Source of the DNA: an uncultured virus (IMG/VR IMGVR_UViG_3300036781_000633)
Lineage: Duplodnaviria > Heunggongvirae > Uroviricota > Caudoviricetes
IMG/VR virus record: IMGVR_UViG_3300036781_000633
Strand: one strand, 5' to 3'
DNA: 64,000 nt
Positions 51,141 to 60,531 of the stretch are shown here, piece after piece. The position numbers and the translations under genes are program-made. How positions within the stretch are numbered: position 1 is the stretch's first letter; every line of letters starts with the position of its first letter. The notes under the pieces are model-generated. The model was not told the origin of the DNA. It saw only the letters and a program-made list of their open reading frames with translations, and searched no databases.

Positions 51141-51823
51141 GCGCCACCCCCTGGCCTTTTGCGAAGGAAGAGAAACCACAGCGCGCCGCCGGCCGCCGCG
51201 AGCAGCGCGAGGTTGGTGAGGTTCGTCGACGATGCGCCGCCGCTCGCATCGAGATTGTCATCGGGCGGAGCGGTCGTATCCGTGGGCGGCGGAGGTGGCG
51301 CATCCGGTGGCGGGATCGTCGTGGATGTGTCGCCGCCGCCACCGCCGCCGGACGTGACTGTGCCGCCGCCGCCCGAGCCGCCGGACGTGGTCGCCGTACC
51401 CGGCGGGGTCACGCACTGGAGGAGCTTCGAATCGTACACGTAGCCTGGCTGGCACGAGACCGGCTGCTGTCCGGGCGGCGAGACGATGTTGAACTGGCTC
51501 GGGCCCGACATCGATCCGGTGACGCGCATCGGGCCAACGATCGAGGTCGCGCGCGCGGTCACGGCTGCACCGCGCATGCTCGGGCCGCCAGTGCCGCCGG
51601 CAGGACCACCGCCGATGTCCGATCCCTTCGCGTGCGTCTGGCTGGCCGTGGTGACGATCGATACAGCGCCCAGCGATCCCATCATGCCGATCATGCGCCG
51701 GTCGCGTCGAAGCGATGCCCTGGCGGCGTGGGCACGGCGAGCTCGGCGCGCGGGGTTCCGATCGTACGCGGCGATGGCGCCGGGACCGCGAGTGTGGGCG
51801 TTCTGATCGCGTTCGTACGACAT
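51137..51823 (-). CDS. tail-anchored membrane protein
   Basis: MSY, Arg-rich leader, MGSLGA; LALLAAAGGALWFLFLRKR. Confidence 0.7.
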   Translation of the reverse strand: MSYERDQNAHTRGPGAIAAYDRNPARRARRAHAARASLRRDRRMIGMMGSLGAVSIVTTASQTHAKGSDIGGGPAGGTGGPSMRGAAVTARATSIVGPMRVTGSMSGPSQFNIVSPPGQQPVSCQPGYVYDSKLLQCVTPPGTATTSGGSGGGGTVTSGGGGGGDTSTTIPPPDAPPPPPTDTTAPPDDNLDASGGASSTNLTNLALLAAAGGALWFLFLRKRPGGGA

Positions 51824-52152
51824 CAGTGGTGACCTCCGTGGTGCCCGCCGCCATGTCCGCCGTGCCCGCCGTGCCCGCCGCCATGATGGTGGCCGCGGTG
51901 ACCGCTACGGGCGGTGCCGATGCCGACGCCGACCGGGTACGCCACGTAGTCGTATCCCGACGAGCCATCGTCGTCGAAGTACTCGGCATCCTCGTCGGGC
52001 ACCACGATCACCTGGACCTGCGGAGCGGTGGCCGCTGCGGCGGCGCTATCGATGCCGGCGAGCGTGAACGGCTGCCCCTTCACCTTGGTGAAGATGAAGC
52101 GGTAGCCGACGTAGGCACCGACGCCGATCAGGAGGAGGGCAGGCAGTTTCAT
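51823..52152 (-). CDS. N-anchored membrane protein with His/Gly tail
   Basis: Ends GHRGHHHGGGHGGHGGHGGGHHGGHH. Confidence 0.65.
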   Translation of the reverse strand: MKLPALLLIGVGAYVGYRFIFTKVKGQPFTLAGIDSAAAAATAPQVQVIVVPDEDAEYFDDDGSSGYDYVAYPVGVGIGTARSGHRGHHHGGGHGGHGGHGGGHHGGHH

Positions 52153-52155
52153 GGT

Positions 52156-52542
52156 TCAGTCCTTCCCGAGCTCGTAGCCGATGAGCATCGGCAAGCCGAT
52201 GATGACGGCGGCAGCGAGCGGGTACACCCACGGGTTTTGCTGCGCGTACACGTACCAACGCAGCGGGTAGACCGCCCTGTTCAGGCCAACGCCACCGGGC
52301 AGGCCGTCCGGGGTCTCTGGGCAGTTCGGGACCGGCTGTCCGCCCTGGATAGCGTGGAGCTGCCCGACGTGGCAGAGGACCTCAGGGAGATACGGATCGG
52401 ATGCGATATCGAGGCCCGCACCGATACTGTTCTCGATGCTCGAGATCACGCTCGACAGATCGCCCATTCCGAACATCGGACCGAGTCCTCCGTTGGTGAG
52501 CGCCCTGCGTCGACGACGAATGCTCTTGCGCGTGTATCCCAT
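52156..52542 (-). CDS. tail-anchored membrane protein
   Basis: MGYTRKSIRRRRR...GMGD; C-terminal TM. Confidence 0.7.
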   Translation of the reverse strand: MGYTRKSIRRRRRALTNGGLGPMFGMGDLSSVISSIENSIGAGLDIASDPYLPEVLCHVGQLHAIQGGQPVPNCPETPDGLPGGVGLNRAVYPLRWYVYAQQNPWVYPLAAAVIIGLPMLIGYELGKD

Positions 52543-52682
52543 GATGATCATCCCTACTGGAGTTGCCCCGAGGACGCCCCGTCGCTCTGGGACGGCACGT
52601 CTCTCCGGGTTATTTATGTCGGCTCTTCAACCAACTTCGCGACGCCTTGCGTCGACGAAGCGACCTCAGGGCAACTCCAGAA

Positions 52683-53330
52683 TCAGGACCTCCTCTTCAA
52701 TGCGCCCTTGACCATGTCGCCGATCCCCATCTCCTTCCACGCGAACCACGAGATGACGACGATGCCTCCGGCCTTGAGCCAGAAGCCGTAGTCCGTGCAC
52801 GCGCCCGCCTCGATACACGCGGTCTGCTCCTGATCCTTGGCGACGTCGGCGGCGGTCTTGATCGCGGTCGTGATCCCGATCAGGAGGCCACCGACGATCA
52901 GCACCGGCCACAGCCATGGATGCGTCGCGCCAACGCCCGACAGCGCGGACTGATCCGCGGTCGGCTGGACGGACATGTCCGTCTGCATGGCCGTCATCGG
53001 AACCTTCCCTGACAGCGCGGTCTGCGCGAGTTGCACGGCTCCATTCGGGTTGACCGACAGGTTCGGGTTGGGGAGCACGACGCCCGGCATGAGCTCGGTC
53101 AGGAGGGCGTTCAACTTGTCGGCGAGATCCTGCTCGTTGGCGAGGTTGCGCGCGTTCGCGATCACGCGCTGCGCGTAGCCCAGCGGCTTGCGGATCTTCG
53201 TGATCGTCCCCGACATGACGCTGTCGTTGATCGCGCGCACACGAAGCCACTGCGCGAGCGCGCGCTTCATGCCGTTCAACTGCTGCTGGGCGGTCGAGAC
53301 ATCGGTGGTGCTGATCGCGGTGCTGGCCAT
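52683..53330 (-). CDS. membrane protein with two TM segments
   Basis: WLWPVLIVGGLLIGI and FWLKAGGIVVISWFAW. Confidence 0.7.
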   Translation of the reverse strand: MASTAISTTDVSTAQQQLNGMKRALAQWLRVRAINDSVMSGTITKIRKPLGYAQRVIANARNLANEQDLADKLNALLTELMPGVVLPNPNLSVNPNGAVQLAQTALSGKVPMTAMQTDMSVQPTADQSALSGVGATHPWLWPVLIVGGLLIGITTAIKTAADVAKDQEQTACIEAGACTDYGFWLKAGGIVVISWFAWKEMGIGDMVKGALKRRS

Positions 53331-53332
53331 GG

Positions 53333-53965
53333 CTACCTTCCGTAGATCCACAGCGCAGCCACGACGGCCGCGCCGATGAGGATGGTGGTGGTGTCGATCC
53401 CGGCGATGGTCGACGATGCGGCCTTGGCGACCCCGTGGAGATCGGCGTAGGTCGCGATGGTCGCCGTGATCGAGTCGATGCTGCCGTTGACGAAGCTCAC
53501 CGGATCCGACCAGCCCTGATTGACCTGGCTGATCAGCGCCGCCGCACCCGCCTTGTCCACGGTGGACTTCGCGTTGCTGTACGCGTCGGTCGCGCGGCGC
53601 TGCACGAGTGTCATCGCTGCCATCGCAACGCCCTGATCGATGGTGCCATTCGTCGGGAAGCCGCTCGCGCCCACGTTGAAGCCGGTCAACTGGTACGCGG
53701 CCGGGGTCGTCGGGTCGAGGAACCGGTTGATCTGAAGGATCAACGTGTTCGCCTTGTCGGCCGACGGTGCCGTGTTCGAGCTCGCCGCCGCGGCGACGCA
53801 CGAATTCGAGCCCCAGTCCCATACCTGCCCCACGTTGCAGACCTGACTGTCGAGATCACTTCCCGCCTGGTCGAGGTCGTCGCCTAGGATTCGGCGCGCA
53901 CTCGTCCGGCCTCGTCGGACGAACCGGCGAGGACGGCGAGCGCCAGCGGTCGAGGCATAGGACAT
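53333..53965 (-). CDS. tail-anchored membrane protein
   Basis: MSY, Arg-rich leader, ILGDD; TTTILIGAAVVAALWIYGR. Confidence 0.7.
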   Translation of the reverse strand: MSYASTAGARRPRRFVRRGRTSARRILGDDLDQAGSDLDSQVCNVGQVWDWGSNSCVAAAASSNTAPSADKANTLILQINRFLDPTTPAAYQLTGFNVGASGFPTNGTIDQGVAMAAMTLVQRRATDAYSNAKSTVDKAGAAALISQVNQGWSDPVSFVNGSIDSITATIATYADLHGVAKAASSTIAGIDTTTILIGAAVVAALWIYGR

Positions 53966-53969
53966 GGGA

Positions 53970-54608
53970 TCAGAGGTTGACGATGCGATAGCCGATCAGA
54001 TCGACGTGGAGGATGCCGGCGGTCGGCGGCGTGGCCGCATCCCAGGTGAACGCGTTGTACGTCGGGAAGAACTGGATCGCCGCGTTGGGCGACCACAGCG
54101 TGGGGACCGGGCAGGGGACGATGTTGTCCGGCCTCGAGAAGATGGGACCGCGAGGTGCGTTCTGGAGGAACCGTTGCGCGCCGCCGTCCTGCATCTCGTA
54201 CATGATGTCGATGATGTCGGTCGTGACTTGCTGCGTCGGTAGCGGGAAGCTCGAGACCGGGCGCCACCGGCCGAAGTTCGTAGCGTTCGTCGGCGCGGTC
54301 GGACGCCACAGCGCCATCGGGTAGTGCGTCATGATGAACGGACCATCCTGCGAGATCTGGATGGTGACCGGCTGTCCGCGCGAGCCGAGATCCGCCGCCG
54401 TGAACGCCACGTCGCCAGAGAATGTCGACTCGATGCGGCGACCCGGGATCGCGTCGATCTCTTCGACGACCGACCGTGGGCGGCTCTGCAGTTCCTGCAT
54501 CGCCTGGATCAGCCACGTGATCTGATTCGACTGCGCGCCGAGTTTGTTGTTCAGGGCGCGCAGGTACGCGGCGTGGGCGTTGATCTTTTGATCGGTCGGG
54601 TTCGGCAT
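53970..54608 (-). CDS. putative capsid protein 2 (single jelly-roll candidate)
   Basis: Soluble; N-terminal coiled coil then a beta-rich domain ending LHVDLIGYRI. Confidence 0.45.
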   Translation of the reverse strand: MPNPTDQKINAHAAYLRALNNKLGAQSNQITWLIQAMQELQSRPRSVVEEIDAIPGRRIESTFSGDVAFTAADLGSRGQPVTIQISQDGPFIMTHYPMALWRPTAPTNATNFGRWRPVSSFPLPTQQVTTDIIDIMYEMQDGGAQRFLQNAPRGPIFSRPDNIVPCPVPTLWSPNAAIQFFPTYNAFTWDAATPPTAGILHVDLIGYRIVNL

Positions 54609-54752
54609 TCTCTTCTCCGAGAAGGGATCTCGTCGACCTGGGTCGGCGGTGACTTACTCGCCGCTGTCGGCGGTGAACATCTCGGAGCAATGCGGGTCGT
54701 TGGCGGCTCGTCGGCCGGATCAGGTACCGGCGAGCCTGGTCGCAGGTCTGGA

Positions 54753-55328
54753 CTACTGGACGTCGCGCGTCTGGAGGCCATCGAGCATGTACTTGATGTC
54801 CTTCTGGTCGTCGGTTGCGCCAGCGTTCAGAAGATCGAGCGCCGAGTTCGTGCCCATGTCGAAGAAGTCCGCGGAGGCCGCGAAGTTCTGCCGAACGGGA
54901 ACGATGATCGGGCGCGCGAGCTTCAGGATCGAGCCCTGCTCCGGGGTGCCGAGCGAGAAGATCGAGTTGGTCGCATCGAAGCCCCAGATGCCGCCACCGG
55001 CCGGGTGATACCAGCAAGGGGCAACGAACATCGGCTTGTTGCCGACGATCAGGGTCCAGAACAACTGGGAGGCGACCCCCAGGTAGTTCGCCCGACGGTT
55101 GGTGCCGTCGAAGTAGAGCCAGCAGCGGAGCGCCAGGATCACGTACGTCTGATCCGACGCCAGCTGACCGGCGACCTGGAGGTTGGTCAGCGCGAGCTGT
55201 CCAACGTTGGAGTTTCCGAACAGCTTCGTGCTGCTCGTGATCGGCGTCGCGGGATCGCCGGTCGTGCGGATGAGCGTGTCGTACACCGGCTGGTGTAGAC
55301 GCTCGCGGTAACCATGGAGACGGGGCAT
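54753..55328 (-). CDS. putative major capsid protein (single jelly-roll candidate)
   Basis: 191 aa, beta-rich, AAGGA RBS; QPVYDT, TNLQVAGQL, PIIVPVRQNF, YMLDGLQTR; flanked by non-coding spacers. Confidence 0.55.
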   Translation of the reverse strand: MPRLHGYRERLHQPVYDTLIRTTGDPATPITSSTKLFGNSNVGQLALTNLQVAGQLASDQTYVILALRCWLYFDGTNRRANYLGVASQLFWTLIVGNKPMFVAPCWYHPAGGGIWGFDATNSIFSLGTPEQGSILKLARPIIVPVRQNFAASADFFDMGTNSALDLLNAGATDDQKDIKYMLDGLQTRDVQ

Positions 55329-55468
55329 CGTGGAGTCCTTGTGCTGTACGTTTGATTCGACGCCGAGGGAATCCCGGAACGTCAGGCAGGTGCCTCCTGC
55401 CACACCACGTCGCACCTCGTCACAATTCTGGTCGTAGCGGACGCCTTGCCACTAGCAAGGCATCATTG

Positions 55469-56824
55469 TTAGAAACCGCCGCGGAAGATGCCCTGGTTCA
55501 GGGAACCGGGGTTGTCGTACTGGCTGCCCGCACCCGGGATCTGTTGGGTGAAGGAGCGAGCCGGCACCGGAGCCACGAACTGACGACCCGGCACCTGCAT
55601 CAGCATCGAGTTGCTCGAGACGCCCCCGAGCATATCGTTGCCGAGGTCCTCTTCGACGCCGAGCTCTTCTTCGACGCCGAGCTCCTCTTCGACGCCGAGT
55701 TCCTGCATCGCATCCGAGCCCACCGCGATGTAGTCGCTGAGGGCCAGGTTGTCGTTGATCGGCGACACGTAGTCGCCCACCGCGATGTAGTCGCCCACGC
55801 CGACGTACTCGCCCACGCCGATCATCGACTTGATCGAAGCCGGCATGAACGCCGACACGAGCGTATCGAGGACGTTGAGGGCCGAGCCCAGCATGGCCGC
55901 GTTGCGGTACTTGCCGAGCGCGCTGACCTTCTCGGTCAGGAAGCCGACGCCGAAGAGCGAGCCGATGGCGAGCACCGGGGCCTGCAGCGACCCCAGGTTC
56001 GACACGCCCGGGATCATCGGACCGATCTTGCTGACGATCAGCCGCGACGCGTAGAGGCCGAGCAACACCGGGAGCGCATCCTTCGCGACCTGCATCAGGC
56101 CCGAGATGCTCGGGTTGCGCCGGTAACGACGGCTGTACCGATGGTGCAGCGCGCGACGGCCACGCCGACGCGACCGGCGATGCGTGCGGCGCGCCCGACG
56201 CCGACGTCGGCGCGACGGGTTGCCCAGCATCGTGCCATGACGTCCCTTGGCCATCACGATGGTCGCGCTCGACCGACGCCGACGACGGATCCGGCGGGTC
56301 TTCCGTGCCCGACGCCGACGACGACGCGGGCTGCGACGTGCCCGGCGGCGACGCCGACGGGTGGTCTTCCGCGACCGACGGGCGCGTCGACGACGACGCT
56401 TCGGGGCGGCGGTTGCCTTCCGGCGACGGCGGCGACGCTTCGGGGCGGCAGTCGACTTGCGACGACGCCGACGACGCTTGGGCGACGCCGAGGCGCGGCG
56501 ACGACGGCGATGAACTGCGCGACGTGCCTTGCGCGCGCGACGGGGCTTGCGACGACGAGCCATCTTGCTCACTCCTTTACGGCGCGCCTTGCGCCGGGAA
56601 ACCTTGGTTGCACGCTTCGCCTTGCGCGCTCGAGCGCGAGCTCGGCGCTTTCGGACAACGCCACCGCCCGCGCGCTTTTTGCGCCAGTACGCCGCTAGTG
56701 CCTTGGGCATCTTGCCCTTGCGGGAGCGGCGAGCGGGATTGACCTTGCCAATCCGTGCTCGACCACGCACCACGGCGCCTCTGCGTCCTCTCCTCCGCGG
56801 TCCGTTTACGAACAAAATCGGCAT
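55469..56824 (-). CDS. protamine-like Arg-rich membrane protein (putative genome-condensing core protein)
   Basis: About 230 aa of Arg/Lys runs, hydrophobic segments, VG(E/D)Y repeats and ELGVEE x3. Confidence 0.7.
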   Translation of the reverse strand: MPILFVNGPRRRGRRGAVVRGRARIGKVNPARRSRKGKMPKALAAYWRKKRAGGGVVRKRRARARARKAKRATKVSRRKARRKGVSKMARRRKPRRARKARRAVHRRRRRASASPKRRRRRRKSTAAPKRRRRRRKATAAPKRRRRRARRSRKTTRRRRRRARRSPRRRRRRARKTRRIRRRRRSSATIVMAKGRHGTMLGNPSRRRRRRARRTHRRSRRRGRRALHHRYSRRYRRNPSISGLMQVAKDALPVLLGLYASRLIVSKIGPMIPGVSNLGSLQAPVLAIGSLFGVGFLTEKVSALGKYRNAAMLGSALNVLDTLVSAFMPASIKSMIGVGEYVGVGDYIAVGDYVSPINDNLALSDYIAVGSDAMQELGVEEELGVEEELGVEEDLGNDMLGGVSSNSMLMQVPGRQFVAPVPARSFTQQIPGAGSQYDNPGSLNQGIFRGGF

Positions 56825-57107
56825 AGCTCTCCAGGTCCTCGTTTGTCCCCATGACCCGGAGAGGTGCATGGCGGGGCGACTCCGGATTAGGTCGACATAT
56901 AAGGAAGGTGACGTCAACCCCCTCTGTGGAAGTTTCCACCCGGACATACCGCGATTCCGCACCGTTTGCCGGGTCACGGTTTCGGATGCCAATTACCGAG
57001 CGCTCACGGTGCCGGGATCGGTTTTCGATGGCTGATCGACTGCGTTATGGGATCGTGAGATAAGAAGATCTCGCAACCCGAATATTTTCACCCACAAGGA
57101 TCGACCC

Positions 57108-57452
57108 ATGGCCATGCATGCCGCAACACGTGCTCATTCGAACGTCCTAGACTTCGACGCACGGGTGAAGGATCTCCGCTCTCGCACGGCCAAAGAAGTC
57201 GCGGAGGACCTGGAAGTGCAAGTCCGAACCGTCGACGGCGCGTGGCACCAGAAGGCAATCGGTGGGAAGAGGTCGAAGTGCGGGGAACAAGATCTCACGC
57301 ACGTCGACAATCGCTACTGTCCGGTCCGTGCAGAGAGTTATCTGGGGAGGCTCTGCAGCGATGGTTGCTTCTCCGAGTACGAGATCACAGTCTTGAAGCC
57401 GGCCGCCGAAGAGAAGGCCCGCGAAGAAGACGAGACCGATCAGCGACGCTGA
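57108..57452 (+). CDS. small Cys-containing protein divergent from the capsid operon
   Basis: AAGGA RBS; AT-richer upstream region. Confidence 0.55.
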   Translation: MAMHAATRAHSNVLDFDARVKDLRSRTAKEVAEDLEVQVRTVDGAWHQKAIGGKRSKCGEQDLTHVDNRYCPVRAESYLGRLCSDGCFSEYEITVLKPAAEEKAREEDETDQRR

Positions 57453-57517
57453 CGCGATTCGAGGTGCGCGCTGTTACTTCAACGCCGACCATCTGAACGT
57501 GGTCGGCGTTGTCGTCT

Positions 57518-58126
57518 CTACTCGCCGCCGATTCCGCAGCGTAGCTTGATGTATCCCGCGACGAGCGCGGCAAGCACGGTGATAGCCGCGCCCAACCACT
57601 TGAGCTTCGTCCGGCGCGACGTTTTCTTCGCGTCCAGATCGTCGTCGATCTTCGCGCTCTTCTTTTTTGTCCCGAGGGCAATCTCGGACAGCGCGCGCTT
57701 GTGGCGTCGTTCCTCCGCACGTTCGATAGAGCCGGCGAGGCCATCGAGTTTGCCAACGACCTCGTGGGTCAGCGCGGTGTTCTCGAGCAGATGCTCATGC
57801 ATCGCGTCGGCCTTGCGGTCGAGGCGGTCGATGTCAGATTTTTGGGCGAGGAGTTGCGCCTGGGTCTCCTTGCGGAGTTGCTCGACACCATCGAGCGTCG
57901 ACTTCGTTTGGCGCTGCGCGACGCGCGCGCGCATCTCGACCTTCTCGATCGTTGGGACTCGGGGATCGGCCAGAGCGCGCTCCATCTCGCGGAACGCGGG
58001 CGATCCGAGCGGCGGGGTCTTGCCCTCGAATGGATCGGTCAGCCGAGGCGGCTCGCCAAGCGCTCTCCGCACACCGGTCGGTGGTGTGCGGGGTCGGTTC
58101 TGATCGCGTCGATCGTCATCGGTCAT
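57518..58126 (-). CDS. coiled-coil protein with C-terminal TM
   Basis: Heptad helices; WLGAAITVLAALVAGYI. Confidence 0.65.
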   Translation of the reverse strand: MTDDDRRDQNRPRTPPTGVRRALGEPPRLTDPFEGKTPPLGSPAFREMERALADPRVPTIEKVEMRARVAQRQTKSTLDGVEQLRKETQAQLLAQKSDIDRLDRKADAMHEHLLENTALTHEVVGKLDGLAGSIERAEERRHKRALSEIALGTKKKSAKIDDDLDAKKTSRRTKLKWLGAAITVLAALVAGYIKLRCGIGGE

Positions 58127-58137
58127 GGTACTGCTCC

Positions 58138-58623
58138 TCAGCCGACGATGCCGCGGCCCTCTACGCGAAGACTACCGCCCCAGATCATCGCAAGCACCTT
58201 CGACTTGCCCTCGACGACGTACAGGCACCGGCCGTCCCCCGGAGACGCGTAGAGCTCGCATCGGGTGCACTCGGCTTCGATCTCCTCGCCGTTCTTCTCG
58301 AACGAGAACCCCAAGCTCTTGCCAAGGAGCACGAGTGCCTCGGCGTTCGCGAACTCCGGCGGCACGTCGGTGTCAGCCTTGCCGTCGGTCAGGCATAGCT
58401 TCACGCCCGGATCGATCTCGTGGATGTACGACAGGGGGCGCCTGGGCTTCTTGAGCGTCGCCGGGTCGACCTTGCCGCTCTCGTACGTCACCCACTTCGC
58501 CGGACCCGCGAGCCGCACGCGCTTGGGGATCGCGAAGCCGTCCTTGAACTCGCCGATCTTCTTCGGCTCGTAACGGTTGAACCGTTTGTACAAAGCAACG
58601 GCATCTCTCGGCGCTTCCCTCAC
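58138..58623 (-). CDS. hypothetical soluble protein in the structural module
   Basis: GTG start coupled to the upstream stop; ends GRGIVG. Confidence 0.6.
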   Translation of the reverse strand: MREAPRDAVALYKRFNRYEPKKIGEFKDGFAIPKRVRLAGPAKWVTYESGKVDPATLKKPRRPLSYIHEIDPGVKLCLTDGKADTDVPPEFANAEALVLLGKSLGFSFEKNGEEIEAECTRCELYASPGDGRCLYVVEGKSKVLAMIWGGSLRVEGRGIVG

Positions 58624-59381
58624 GTCGATACTCCGGCGCCCTTCCTTCGCGTTTTGCCGAACTGCATCAGCACCCACCCCGCGCCGCCGATGATCACGAT
58701 CCACTTCGCGTAGGTCCAGATGTCGGTGAGGTCTCCGCTGACGTGATAAACGAGGTCGCCGACGTTCGCGACGACGCCTGCGATCTTCGACACGATGCCC
58801 CACACCACATTGAACCCGGCCTGGAACGTGCCGATCACGGACGCGAGCCACGGCATGTTGCACGTGAGGTACGCTGCCGTCGCGATGGCGTTGTACGACG
58901 CCTGCATCGAGTCGATCACGTACTGCTTCAGTCCCGGCGAATCGATGACGGTCGCGCCCTGTTGGATGGCCGCGTTGTACTGCGCAGTGAGCTCGAGCCC
59001 CTTCTGGGTCTGCGCGGTGATCGCGTTGTACGCGTCCATCGTCTTCTGCTGCGAATCGCTACTGGGAAGCGGCGCCTTGATCAGCGCGTCCTTCGCTGAC
59101 GCCGCGAGTTGGTAGGCAGCGAGGATGGCGGCGTTGAAGTCGTCGGGCGTGTAGTAGCCGCTCGGCTGCCACTGCGCGTTCGTCTGATCGACCGTCGCCT
59201 GCAGCGTGGCCATCTGCGCGGTCATCTGCGTCTGGCACTGCGAGTCCCGGAACGCGCTCGAGAGCCCGATGCTGCCGGTGACGCCGCTGAGAACGTCTCC
59301 GATGTCGTCGAGGATGCCGCTCAAGGCGCTCTTCCTTGAACGCGCGTGCGGCCGGCGCCGCCGAGTCATTGCATAGCTCAT
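58620..59381 (-). CDS. helical tail-anchored membrane protein
   Basis: MSYAMTRRRR...ALSGI; WIVIIGGAGWVLMQFGKTRRK. Confidence 0.7.
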   Translation of the reverse strand: MSYAMTRRRRPHARSRKSALSGILDDIGDVLSGVTGSIGLSSAFRDSQCQTQMTAQMATLQATVDQTNAQWQPSGYYTPDDFNAAILAAYQLAASAKDALIKAPLPSSDSQQKTMDAYNAITAQTQKGLELTAQYNAAIQQGATVIDSPGLKQYVIDSMQASYNAIATAAYLTCNMPWLASVIGTFQAGFNVVWGIVSKIAGVVANVGDLVYHVSGDLTDIWTYAKWIVIIGGAGWVLMQFGKTRRKGAGVST

Positions 59382-59689
59382 CGGAGCCCCTTCCATGCGA
59401 AGTACGCGATCACGCCGCCGACGATCCACGTCCACGGGCTCGAGATGTCGACATCCCCCAGTGCGCCCGCCGACCCCATCGTAGCGATCCGTCCCATCGG
59501 CATCGCACCAGAGCCGACCTTGCGCGCGTCCGGCGGCACCCGCCACGCCGCCTGGTCTGGCGTCGCGCCGAGCGGCGAGCGCCCGAGGCGAACCGGTGGC
59601 GATCCGGCGTGCGTGCCGTTACCCGGGGCGTCCGACTGGTAGTAGTCGTACGACCGCGTGTCCGGCTTATATACGGAGTACGTGGTCAC
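59378..59689 (-). CDS. small tail-anchored membrane protein
   Basis: ALGD; WTWIVGGVIAYFAWKGLR. Confidence 0.7.
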   Translation of the reverse strand: MTTYSVYKPDTRSYDYYQSDAPGNGTHAGSPPVRLGRSPLGATPDQAAWRVPPDARKVGSGAMPMGRIATMGSAGALGDVDISSPWTWIVGGVIAYFAWKGLR

Positions 59690-59692
59690 GGA

Positions 59693-60139
59693 TTACGGTT
59701 TCTTGAACAGCGACCAGAGCGTGAGGGCTCCTAGCGCGAGGCTGCCCCACATGAACAGATCGTCCATCGAGTCCGAGAACTTGATCGACAGCTTCCCGCC
59801 GCCGCATCCACCCCCGCCGCCGCATCCACATCCGCAGTCCCCCATCCCGCTCATGCTGCGCTTCATCGAAGTAGTCGGGACGTACGTGCGCGCCTGACCG
59901 GCTGGGCTCCGGATGTACGACGGCGCCTTGATGTCACCCAGCGCGGCCCCCATCGGCATGACCTCCGGTGCGCCCGGCTTGGGCAGCACGAGGGTCTTGT
60001 CACCGAACACCGAGCCCTCGAGCGTGGCGCCACCGAGCGAGCCCAGCGACTTGGCATCGGCTGCGCGCGCCTGAACGGGCGGACCGTTCCGCCACGACAT
60101 CGGGCCGCCTTGCTTCTGAAACGCGTAGCCGTATTTCAT
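59693..60139 (-). CDS. small tail-anchored membrane protein
   Basis: Multiple LG/MG sites, GMGDCGCGC, C-terminal TM. Confidence 0.7.
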   Translation of the reverse strand: MKYGYAFQKQGGPMSWRNGPPVQARAADAKSLGSLGGATLEGSVFGDKTLVLPKPGAPEVMPMGAALGDIKAPSYIRSPAGQARTYVPTTSMKRSMSGMGDCGCGCGGGGGCGGGKLSIKFSDSMDDLFMWGSLALGALTLWSLFKKP

Positions 60140-60156
60140 CTGAGAACTCCCCGTGG

Positions 60157-60531
60157 TTAGCGAACGAAGAACAGGTAGGCGGCAAGCAGGCCACCGCCGA
60201 TCAGAAGGTATGTCGTCGTCGACATGCCCTGCGATCCGAACGGCGTACAGATCCCGCTCGCGTTGAGGCCCTGACCGGGCGGGCAAGCGTTCACGCAGTT
60301 GCCGTAAAAGGACGAGTAGACCGCACCCGCGCCGCAGTTGCCCGGGACCGGAGCTCCGGCGGGGGCGATGACGGGATCGGCGACGATGTTGCCGTTCATG
60401 TCGACGGCACCCATCGACGTCGCCGGCCGATAGCTGCGAGCCTGCCCGGACGGCGTGCGGAGGATGTCGCCCATCGAGGTGGTCGGGCGATAGCGGCGAG
60501 CTTGGCCCACCGGGGTTCGGAGAATGCTCAT
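60157..60531 (-). CDS. Cys-rich tail-anchored membrane protein with duplicated leader
   Basis: ILRTPxGQARxYRPxTSMG twice; TTTYLLIGGGLLAAYLFFVR. Confidence 0.7.
   Translation of the reverse strand: MSILRTPVGQARRYRPTTSMGDILRTPSGQARSYRPATSMGAVDMNGNIVADPVIAPAGAPVPGNCGAGAVYSSFYGNCVNACPPGQGLNASGICTPFGSQGMSTTTYLLIGGGLLAAYLFFVR

Noticed and set aside
55660..55705. Short direct repeats (CTTCGACGCCGAG x3) as a possible CRISPR array
   Set aside because: 18-bp period with no unique spacers; they encode ELGVEE repeats.
57040..57090. Imperfect inverted repeat in the divergent intergenic region
   Set aside because: Plausibly regulatory, but too imperfect to call an operator or ncRNA.
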